From: Paraspadella gotoi | Lineage: Eukaryota; Animalia; Chaetognatha | Direction: 5' to 3' | Assembly (NCBI GenBank): GCA_051294375.1 | Contig: CM119264.1 | Span: forward strand, 8,348,268 to 8,412,267 | Length of the DNA: 64,000 nucleotides | In this document: positions 53,069 to 64,000 of the stretch, piece by piece | Layout of the letters: each line of letters begins with the position of its first letter | Numbering within the stretch: the stretch's first letter is position 1 | Translations under genes and position numbers: made by a program | The notes under the pieces: model-generated | Told to the model about the DNA's origin: nothing | The model's database searches: none | Seen by the model: the letters and a program-made list of their open reading frames with translations, nothing else

Positions 53069-53883
53069 TTTGGTGTCTCAACCGGAAACAACAAAAGAAT
53101 AGAAGTCGAGCATGAAGGCAGCCAGACTCTACTTGGAATAGGAAAAAAAGAAAATAATTGTTATCACACAATTAAATCATTCGATTTATATTGTATAATG
53201 AATGAATGTATAAATGAATATGAAATGAATACGTTGTGAGAGATAATTTAAAACGACTGTCCCGACCTCGATCCAGCTTGGAGTGTCTTCGACGGCGAAA
53301 TCGTCACACGATTCTATCGACTGATTTCTAAATAACTGATCCATTTTTTTTCCTCGTCGAAAACTAAATATCGAAGGGATTATGTTTTTTTTTCTTTTCA
53401 CAGAAGTTAACGAGATTTTCTTTTAAAGTTTTATGTTTCGATTCTTTTTTTTTATTGAAAAATCGAAATCAAAATTTTCTTCCTTTCATTTTTACGATTT
53501 GAAACTTTGCGTGATAATTTTCGCCGTTACTGAGCTGAGCTCTTAAGCTTTTCACCAGTGAATCGAGTTTTCGTTTGACTAGGGCTTCTTAATCTTTTTC
53601 GAAAAAAAAAAAATTATTATTTTTATTCTATTATTATTTTTATATATCTTTTCTACCCTCCAGTTTTTCTCCTTCTTATCACTTCTCCCACCCTCTCTCC
53701 CCCCGATAATTCCTTCCTTCACATCCGCGTCCGCCTCCGTCGGTCGGTCTGTCGGTATGTTTGTCCGTCAGTCTGTCCTACTTACGTTAAAAACGCTTAT
53801 AACTTGCCTATAGTTTGTTGCTCATTTGTTAAAAATCAAATCTAAGCGACTACTGGCGCCGCCTTTTGTTTTTAAAGAAATCT

Positions 53884-53978
53884 TAGTAGAAAAAACTAAG
53901 TTTTAATGATTTTTTACAACGAATTTGTTTTTATTATTATTCGTTGTAAAAAATCATTAAAACTTTTTTTTTCTACTA
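53884..53978. other. ~40-bp near-perfect inverted repeat (hairpin) with 14-nt loop
   Basis: TAGTAGAAAAAACTAAGTTTTAATGATTTTTTACAACGAAT ... ATTCGTTGTAAAAAATCATTAAAACTTTTTTTTTCTACTA. Confidence 0.9.
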
Positions 53979-54739
53979 TCAAACTAACAACGAAACAGAA
54001 AGGTTAATACATCATGTCTACCAAAGAAATCTTATAAACTATAAGGAATAAACGATATGATAAATAAAAAGAAAAGTAATGCGGCGCAACACCTTGGAAT
54101 AACCGTTCCTTGTTTTTCACTCTTCCTCACTTTCTCTCTTTACTACATCCGACTAACATTTGCAAACTTCACTCTCCGACTCTTTCTGTCGATAAAGTGG
54201 AAGAGGCTTTCCGATACCGCCGAGCCAGCGACTTTATACTGCAGAGAAGGACTCTACCAATGCCTTAGCGCCAAAGACGCGTCTGGATTTGAACGGCTCT
54301 TCCGTATTTTTTTCCCCCTTTTTTTAAAATAAGAATTCGATTAACATCTTAATTTTCTTCGATTTCCGTTTAAAGAAAGACATAGAAAATTCGTGACGAA
54401 TTTCGGATCTGAATTTTAAAACAATTTCTTTCGAATCTTTCGATTGCGTCGGCCACAGATGCGACCTCATCTTTTCGAATAGTAAAAGTGGGAACAAAGA
54501 GTTAATCGAAACTATTTAAAACACAAATTCAATCAATAAGTCTGGAAATAAATCAATCATTCGAGCAATCAATCAATAAATTAATCAATCAATAAATCCA
54601 GCAATTAATCAATCAATCAAAGGTTTAATAAGTAAAGATAAGGTAAGATCAGATAAAATTCTTTCAGGTGAAAATCCTTCGTTTACTAAATCAGGCGATT
54701 TCGTTCCCATCCGCTCTCTCTCTATCCAAACTCTCGGTC

Positions 54740-54838
<99 letters not shown>

Positions 54839-54891
54839 CGAGAGAGAGAGAGAGAGAGACAGAGAGAGAGAGAGATAGAGAGAGAGGAGAC

Positions 54892-54948
<57 letters not shown>

Positions 54949-55067
54949 CGCCAATTTTATTTGGCGACGACGGCGAAGGAGGAAAAAGGGTGAAGTGAAA
55001 TTCGTCGTCGGCGGAGAATTAAATCGCGAGACTTTGGCGAGATTTCAATGAGGTTCAAATGAGGCGA

Positions 55068-55112
<45 letters not shown>

Positions 55113-56734
55113 AATTTAGGCCCAAAGCCTGAAGCCTTTCGCTTTTCTCCCTTTTCTCTTTTTTCTCACCTTTCACCGGCTTTCCTTTTGCTTCTCTCGT
55201 CAAACTTCGTTTTTCTTTTTCCTTTCTCCTCACTACTATGGTTTTTTATAGTTTTTGTTTAACCTTTCTTTTTTTTTCTCCTCTCTTTTTATCTTTCCAT
55301 TTCGCTTCTCGCTTTATTTTTCTCGTTTCTCGTTTCTTATTTCTCCTCTTTACTTTCTACTTTGTTCCTTGCTCCTTGCTTGTTCCTTGCTCCTTTCCTA
55401 TTCTTATTTTTTCTGCTTTCGTCTTCTGTCAAAAAGTTTCTTTCAAAGCCTCACTCCACAGTCCATCTTATGTCATAATTTCCATATTTGATATTTTTAG
55501 TCTTAACCATTCATCCTTTTCCCCTTTTATCAATTTTTCGAGTAAAAAAACCAACTTCTTAAATCGTAATTAATAATCTAAATCATCAATAACTACCTTT
55601 GTTTTTTCATCATCCCAGTTCCACCTTCTTCCTCTCTCCCCTCCTCCCTTCTTTTCTTCTCCCCCTCTCTCTCCCTTTCTCTCCCCTCACCCCTTCTTTC
55701 CCCATTCTCTCTCTCCCCCTCCCCCCTCCCCCTTTCTCTCCCCTCCCCCCTTCTTTTCTTCCCCCTCTCTCTCTCCCCTTTCTCTTCCCTCCCCCCTTCT
55801 TTTCTTCCCCATCCTCTCTCTCCCCCTCACCCCTTCTTCCCCATCCTCTCTCTCCCCCCTCCCCCTTTTCTCCCCCCAACGATTCGTGTCACAATTCATT
55901 TAAGTCTCTGCCCTTTTTTTTTCCGTCGAAGCGAAGACGGAAACGTCGAGACCAAATTAGTTCAGAGTCGAAAACATGAGCGCCGAGAGTGACGCAGTGA
56001 CTCTTTGCGCCAAACTGACTGAAGTCACAGCGTCACTTTCGGTCGCCTTGTCATCAAAAGTGACGCAGTGACTTTGGAGACTTTGTGGTGAACAGGGATA
56101 TAGACAAAAGTGATGCAGTACTGGAAGATTTAATTCAGTGACGAAGTAGATTTGTCAAATATGTCGTGACTCGTGAATAGAATTTAAAAATTTGACGTAA
56201 CGTGACGAGGTGATATCATGGAATCATCGTCAAAATTGATGTGATCATATGAACATTATGATATTTCGCAAAACAATATCATTTAATTTTCCGAAGAAAC
56301 TCGCTTAATTCTTAATTCTTAATTCTCGTATTCAAGGTCCCTGCAGAGTTCGCTCGGCCGTGTTCGCTCATAGCATACGACTGTAGCGCCAGAAATAAAA
56401 TAGAACAAAAACGGTAAATCAAATGTGTTGCGCAGAAGTATCTGCCTTATCACGTTTATTTCTCGTGACATGACTTGATATGACGTGAATACATGACAAA
56501 AATAACTTATTAACTTTCTTAGCCCATGTATTTTTGACATGCACAGCATCAAAATTTCGTCTTTTATTCCATATAGTTTTACGATTTCCTGAAGGGGGCT
56601 CTAGCAGTCTCTTAGATTTGAGATTTTTTTTTGTCTTAACAAATGAGAAACCAACTATGGGCAAATTATATGCATTTTTATTTTTTTAATATTTTCTTTT
56701 ATTTTATTATATGCATTTTTAACGCAAGTGGGAG

Positions 56735-56846
56735 AGACCGACGGACATACCGACCGTCCGACGAACCGACCGACAGACCGACCGACAGACCGACCGAAAT
56801 GCGACTTATAGAGTTTCACCGCGAGTACTCGCGGCGCAACTAAAAA
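56735..56846 (+). mobile_element. End of a HINE/DINE-1-like repeat
   Basis: (CCGA/CAGA)n + TTATAGAGTT + palindrome CCGCGAGTACTCGCGG + CGCAACTAAAAA; same family as 24313-24400. Confidence 0.5.
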
Positions 56847-57610
56847 CGACGCTTTCTACCGTTCAATCGATAGCCGCGTGCTCTCTTCATTTTCTTATTA
56901 TGCTAAAATATAATGTTTTAAATTTTATTTTCCCGTTTTTACATCATTTTCTTCATCTCTATTGATATACAAGGTTTATGTTTAGATGGACAGACTGACC
57001 GCAAATCGTCTCATTAAGCCGCCACTAGCCGCGACTAATAAATAAAAAAATCCCGGCTCGTAGTAGTAAATCTTCTTCGGTTTCGATTCCGAGATTTACA
57101 TCTGATCCAACGAGATTCGCAATTAGAAAATCCTCTGCGCGACGAATCTTTTATTTATTCATTCCTTTCCATTTCCATCCGAAGAGAGAAAAAAAAAATC
57201 TTCTTTCTCTCGACTCTTGAATATTAAAAGCGAATCCTATGTTATATTCGACAGAAGAAAAAAAAACATATTTCTTTCATCCTTTTGTCTCGATACGCGT
57301 TTATATCTTTTTTTATTATTATTTTTAATTTGTTTCGATTGGTCGGATATCAAACGTTAACTAACGCTTTTGAGTTAACGTAGTTAGTAAGGCTGTTACG
57401 ACAAAGATTTAATCATGAGGGCATTTGGATCCAAAAAATATTTTATATTTTGATTCAATCTCTTTCAACTGTTAAAAGTTAACTGTTCAAAGTTATCCTA
57501 ATTGATCTTTGTCGTTTTTTTTATTTTTTAGACAAAAACAAAAACAACAACAACAACAACAACAACGACGACTACGACGACAACGACAACGACTACGACG
57601 ACGCCGACGC

Positions 57611-57647
<37 letters not shown>

Positions 57648-59817
57648 GACAACGACGACGACGACCGAAAGACTCTCTCCTTTCCTTTTTTTTCTCTTTT
57701 TTTTTAATCTCGGTTTTTTTTCTTTCTTTGGTGTCAATTCTTAATTATGCTTCGGGAAAGTAGTTTGGACACTTTGACACCAACGCCAACGCATCCAGAA
57801 AGCACCTTCGACGTCATCGTCGTCGTCATCATCATCATCATTGACTCTTCATGATGAACCTTAACAACAACAACAACGACCAAGTAATTTTTATCCCCGA
57901 CTTCTTGACGCACGAAAAAAAAAAGTTGCACGAGACGGAGAATCGATACCTGTAATCATTATCGTCGTCGTCGTCGTCGTCGTCGTCATCGTCGTCGCGT
58001 ATTTCGATTAGATCGCAATCGCTTTTCGTCGATGGCGACAATTTTTATCATGGCGGCTTCGTGGTCGTCGTTTTCGTCGTCGTGGTCGTCGTGGGCGACG
58101 TCATTGGCTGACGCCTGCCAGAAGGAGACCGCGAACGCGACCAGAAAATTCACGTGCGCTCCCCCTCATCCTCCTCCACCTCCTCTTCCTCCTTTCCTTT
58201 CCTCCTTTTCTCTTCGTTTTCCTCCTTTTTTCCTTTCGATCCTCATCCTCCATTTTTCTTCTCCTCCTCCTCCTCTTCTTCTTCCTCCTCTTCCTCATTT
58301 CCCCGGTTGTATTCGTCTCAATTTTCTATTTTCGCCTTTTTTTGGGGGGAAAACAATTTTTTTTCTCGCTTTTTCTAAAATTATGAAGAAAAATTACAAA
58401 ATTTTTTTTCTCCGCAAAATTTTTTTTTCTTAAAAAAAATCTCAGGTTTTCAACGTTTATGGAATTTTAGTTTTCGCTGCTTCGTTTTTGCTTGATTTGC
58501 TGCATTAAACTTTTGACTTTCGTAATTTTTAAATTTTGACTTTCGAATTTTTCTGCTTATTAATTTTTGAATTTTTGAATTTCAATTCTTTCAATTTAAT
58601 TTTCTTTAATTTATAATTTATTTTATTATTTCATGTAACAATCAATACTTTTAATAACTTTTTAGCGATCTGTTATACAAGATATACAATGTATATTTGT
58701 AATATTTTTTCATCTATCCAAAATATTGTCTTTATGTTATATATACTTATAAATCTGACTCTTAAGTTTCCCCACTTTTCCTTATTTTTTCCCCTTCAAT
58801 TTTCCACACTTTTCCCCTTCAATTTTCCACACTTTTTCCCGCGTTTATGTTCTTTTCCGGAGAAAAATGATTGATCGTCGAAATGATTTTTTTTCTTTCT
58901 CTTCTTTGATTGATCTTTATTTTTCAATCATCCTTTTTCCTCTTATTTTCTTTCTTTTTCTCCTCATTGGAGATTTTTTCCTTTTCTTTCGTATTTCGTC
59001 CTTTCGTCCTCCAAAAATATTTTTGTTCTTTAATCACAAAGATTTTTTTTTCTGATTTCAAATCGTTGCTTCCACTTATCCCTCGCTTACACAATCATTA
59101 ATTTATTTTTCGCTCTTATGTTTTTGTCTCATTAATTAATTCTAAAAATATTTTTCGCTGATTACTTTTTGTTTTACTACTTTCTCATTAAATATCTTTT
59201 ATATGATTTTTTGAATACGAAAGCGTTTTCATTAATAATAAATTACTTCCCTTACCTGACAACCTTTTTTTCCGACATTGACTTTTCAATTTTGAATTCA
59301 ACTATCTCTTTTTCTTCTTGAAGTGTAACATTGATTTTTGTTATTCTTATTCAATTATTGTATTCTTTCACCGTTCGCTTATCGTTTTATTTTTTTTGTT
59401 TAAACCTTTTTTTATTTATTGAAACTATTTTTTTCCTTTTTCCCTTCTTTTTTCCTCTTCTTTCTTTTTCCCCTTTGATCTGGTGTACGCCCACTCATTT
59501 TTGACTTCGTAAATAAATTAACTGATTCTTTTTTTTTTTCACTTGTTTTTCTTTCCCAAATTTTGTGTTATTATAATTAGAAAAATTAAGAGACAAGATG
59601 GGATCAGAACGAATGACGCAATCAAACCGTCCAATGCGGCATTGCCCCATTTTCGGTTCTCTTGCTGAGACTCATTTGGTTATTTGAGTTGTTTCGCTTG
59701 TTCAACATCCAAGGGATTTCCAATGGTCCTAATAACCGAACGTGACACAACGAAAAGCGTCCATTTTACTCACCGGATTTCTCTCTCTCTCTCTCTCATT
59801 CTCTCCTCTCTCTCTTC

Positions 59818-59855
<38 letters not shown>

Positions 59856-60165
59856 CGCGCGATTCTGGCGATAAAATCCCAAACATTTCCAGTAATTTTC
59901 TCTCTTTTCTGGCGCCGAAGATGAATCTTTCCTCTCGTGGCGGAAAAAATGGCTGAATCTATTTTTTTTTCTTTTTCTTCTTTCTTTTTTATTCTTTCCT
60001 TTTTTCCTGGAATCCAAATTTTTTATTTGCCTTTCTTTTTACCCGATTTTTATGTCTTATTGTCTTTGTTTTTTTTTCTTAGTATTTTTTAACTCTGTTT
60101 CTTTAATTTAGTCTTTCTTTATTTAAATTTTTTAAATTTTTTAATTTTTTCTTTCTTTCTTTCTT

Positions 60166-60198
<33 letters not shown>

Positions 60199-60695
60199 CT
60201 TCTTTTTTTTTCGTATGATTTAGTCTTTCTTGTTATTTTCTTTGTCTTGTCTCTTTTCTTTCTTTCTTTCCTTTCTTTCTTTCCTTTTCCTTTTTCCCCC
60301 CCCTCTCAGTTTTATTTCCATCGTAGTCCGCATATTCAATTTTTTGAGAATTAAAAAAAGTAAAAAAAAAAATCTAAAACTAAAGAGAACAAAAACAAAA
60401 CAAAAAAACCCACAAAAAACAAACTAAAAACAACAACCAAAAAAAAAAACCCACACAAAAAAGAAGTCAAAACAGAAGAAGAGGCGAGTTTCCTTTTCTC
60501 TCCCATCTTTTTTTTCCTTCTCCAGTTTTTTCCCTTAAAAATTCCCTGAGTTGACAGATTCTCGAAAAAAATTTTCGCTTCTCTTCATTTTTTTTTCGCC
60601 TCAAAAAATGGAGAAAAAATTGAAGAAAATAAAAAATGCAGAAATGAATTTTCGTCAACCTTACTCTCGAGAGACACGCCCCAATTCTTACTCAC

Positions 60696-61270
60696 CTTCG
60701 TTGGGGGAAACGACGTCGGCGGCAGACGCGGCCTCTTGGGAAAAAGTCAGTTTTCGCCGCTGCGGTCGTCGTCGTCGTCGTCGTCGTCATGTTCATCTTT
60801 TTTTAATCATCATTCTTTTCGAATGTTCCCATCTAAGCCGATGGTTTTGTGGAATTGAGAAGTAAACATCTGTCATAAACAAACTTTTTAATAATTTATG
60901 AAATTTACCGTTTTCGTCTTTTCGATTCGTGACAGAAAACTGAGTCATTATCATCATCTTCGTTATTATCGTTATCGTCGTCATCGTCGCGCTTATAATC
61001 TTTATTTTCGTTTTCATTATAATTATTAAACTTTTCTTTTTTGTCATAAATCTTTATCGTCGTCATTTTCTCTGTCGACTTGGGTCTCATTTCGTATTTG
61101 TCATCGTCGTCGTCGTTGTCGTCATCGTCGTCGTCTTCGCCATCATCGTCCTCGTCATCGGCTGCGACGTCTTTGTTTTTGAAGGTAAGTGTACGTCATG
61201 ACTTCGCGTTGACAGAGAAAAAGCGAAAGAGAGAGAGAGGGAAAGAGAGAGAAAAATAGAGAGAGAGTGT

Positions 61271-61304
<34 letters not shown>

Positions 61305-61705
61305 GACCGAAAGAAATTTGATTACGATACAAACTCGAATAGTTAATTTTTGTTCTCTACTTTACATTCCGTGTTGCCTCCAATAATTTATCACCGTCCG
61401 CAAAAGTGAAGTGATTCAGCAGTGAATCCGTATTTAACTCAGATTTCAAATCATCTTCTATTTCGTCCCGATGGCGATCAAAATTCATCGACTTCATCTC
61501 GATAAACTTTTCTTCTCTTTTACTTCTCAATTGACTGAACAAATTTGGTCAAGTTTCTTCTTCGAATCGAACTCAGACTCGCATATCTCGACTCCCCATG
61601 GCGCCGATCTCTATCAACACCACGAGCCCATTATTCTCGGTCCACTTCTTTTTCGAAACACGAACCCTCGTAGATGTCGTCGTCGTCGTCACCGTCGTTC
61701 GTCTA

Positions 61706-61756
<51 letters not shown>

Positions 61757-61990
61757 CCCTTCCTCTGGTCTTTGTTTTCGTTGCCGTTGCTTGTCATTGT
61801 TCTCATCCTTGTTTTCTTTGACGTTCTCGTACTCCTTGGTGTCTTTATCGCCATCGTCGTTGTCGTCGTCATCGTCGTCGTCATCGTCGTCTTTATCGTC
61901 GTCGTCCTCTCCTCATCAGCGTGCATTAAAACTTCCACGTTTTTTCTTATATTTCTCTTTTTTTTTCCACGATTAATTCCCCCACCGTCT
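60696..61990 (-). other. Possible exons of an acidic low-complexity protein
   Basis: Asp/Glu/Lys-rich frames with donor-like sites (GTAAAG ~61364, GTAAAT ~60908, GTGAGT ~60695), but the frames are broken and largely (GAC)n-derived. Confidence 0.25.
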
Positions 61991-62639
61991 GTTCAGAGAA
62001 GCAGATAAAAGAAGGAAAAAAAAAGGAAAAAATAAGGAGAGAAAATGAAATGAAATGTCGATGACTGAGTGACGGCGGAAGCTGAATGAAAAATAAGGGG
62101 AAAAAATCTGTGATATATAAAGACGAGAAACGAATGTGATTTCTGTGAAAAGAGAGAAAAAATAACTGTGAGTGAAGTTAGAAATACAGGGTACTTTTTT
62201 TTAATGGATACGAACGGTCATATCGGTTTTTGAATTAAGTCAGTACTTTTAATTATTACTTATTACTTATTATTTATTACTTATTACTTATTATTTACTT
62301 ATTACCCGAGCAGTATTTTTCTAGTTCTTCTGTCACTCCGTATTATTCGTTTCTTAATCAAATTAAGTCTTTTCCTTTTTTTTCGCTGATTGAATTGCAT
62401 GTCAGACAACACAATCGATGCTTACTGAGCAACTCGACCAGAAATCGTTCTTTTTTAATTTTATTGAACTATATAGATATTCAATTCTTTTATTGTTCAT
62501 TAGTTATGCATCAGGCGGGTAGAATTATGAAGTGATATGAATTTGACTGGACAATCTCAAGAGATAAGTAAATCAAACTTTATCTAGCAAAATGGAATCT
62601 AACATGCATCGTTATCACATAAGCCACACAGACTCCCTC

Positions 62640-62707
<68 letters not shown>

Positions 62708-63033
62708 GCTCTACTATAAAGAGTCCCTATAATAATTCACGTTTCTCCCCTCTTAACGATCGGCGTGATATGAGGAGGAAGTCCCGCGCGATGAAATGGG
62801 AGGCGAGAAAAAAGAAAGAAGAAAATATTAAGGAAACTTTAAAAAAGAGAAAGAGATGAAAGGGAGAATGAGCAAAAAGAAAGTAGAAAATACATTAAAA
62901 TAGAAGGAAGAAATAAAAAGGGGAGAATGAAAGCAAACAAGAAAAAAAGAAAGAAAAAGAAAAAAAAAGAATAATAAGAGAGCGAGACAATGAGAGAGAA
63001 AAAAAGAAAGTAAGAAAATAAAAAAGAGGAGAC

Positions 63034-63064
<31 letters not shown>

Positions 63065-63459
63065 AAGAAAACGAGAAAGAAAGAGAGAGCTCTTTCGCCA
63101 AGCATGTTTACATTCAGAGAAGGGGCGACTCTTCAAGGTGCAGAAAAATAAATTCAGAGTCTTTCTCGCTTCAACAGGTTTTTTCGTTCCTTTCTTGAAT
63201 CTCAAAGTCAAACGAGTTTCGTCGTTTTTTTTCTCTCCTATTTCGTTTATCGACCACAAAGAAAGAGAGAGGGAACAAATACTCAGAATCATCTCTCACT
63301 CCTTTTCAATTATACATTGCATACGATATATTACGTATGTAGTAGTAGTGATAGTATAAAATAATCACAGTGATCCGAATCATCTCGTCTTGTGATTAAA
63401 AAGTCTCTTCTCTCCGTGATTCGCTCGTCCGATGTTGACGAAGGTTTATTTTTGGAATC

Positions 63460-63706
63460 TTAGATTAGTATTCCGATCGGTGATCTTGGTTGGTGATTAG
63501 AACAAACGGTGAGACCCGAAGCTCGCGACTCTCGTTCACGTCTCACGTCTTCGATCACGTGACGCTCCTGGATCACGCGAATCAACCCCTTCGAGAACGA
63601 CCTTTGTACGCGGGTCTCGCGCAGAGAGAAGATCGTGTTCGATGAATGTACGTGTTCGTTCTTACCGTATGATCCAGTCCGGGGTAAACAAAGCCGAATT
63701 CAGCAT
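63460..63706 (-). CDS. Possible terminal exons of an unidentified gene entering from the right edge
   Basis: MLNSALFTPDWIIR, a ~60-nt GTAAGA...AAG intron, then SFSKGLIRVIQERHVIEDVRRERE...ILI*. No family recognised. Confidence 0.2.
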
Positions 63707-64000
63707 CTTGTACGGACAATGACGAGAGGAAAAACGCGGACAAAGACGACGACGATGACGACGAAGACTTTAACGACGACGATGACGACGTCGACGACGG
63801 AAACGACTTTTAAAGAATGGTCAGAGTGGTCAAAGAAAAAAAAAGAAAGAGAGAAAAAAAAAAGAAGAAAAAACGCCGGGAAAAAGGAAATGGAATGAAA
63901 GAGGAAGAAGAGGAAGAGGAAAAGAGAAAGAAAGAAAAAAAAGGGATGGAAGTCCAAAGTGATTTTAGCGCAAAATCGAGGAAACGGAAACGAGAAAGAG

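Noticed and set aside
54668-60430. ORFs of poly-ER, poly-LS, poly-F, poly-V, poly-R
   Set aside because: Translations of microsatellites and pyrimidine tracts with no coding signal.

Overview
Eukaryotic, most likely invertebrate metazoan, genomic DNA. It has AT-rich intergenic sequence, short GT-AG introns, abundant (AG)n/(GAC)n microsatellites, N-masked patches and many 1-nt indels suggestive of noisy long-read consensus. Left 11.5 kb: a candidate large DNA element bounded by ~1.4-kb inverted repeats (GAG...CTC termini, TTGT on both flanks). It carries a 5-exon RING-HC + putative tandem PC4-fold gene, unknown ORFs and three copies of a single-pass membrane protein gene, but no visible transposase. 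Next come a 4-exon type I membrane C-type lectin (with an intronic MITE and minisatellite), a ~1,900-aa modular His/Gly/Cys/Thr/Glu low-complexity gene and a LINE RT fragment. These are followed by an adenosylhomocysteinase (AHCY) homolog with several active-site substitutions and a RIIAD1-like gene with a long C-terminal extension. Three near-identical duplicated blocks (21.6-25.4/25.4-29.2 kb; 36.5-41.4/43.2-48.1 kb; 41.4-42.2/49.4-50.2 kb) look like uncollapsed haplotypes or assembly artefacts. All gene models were spliced by eye; homologies are recalled from memory, not searched.
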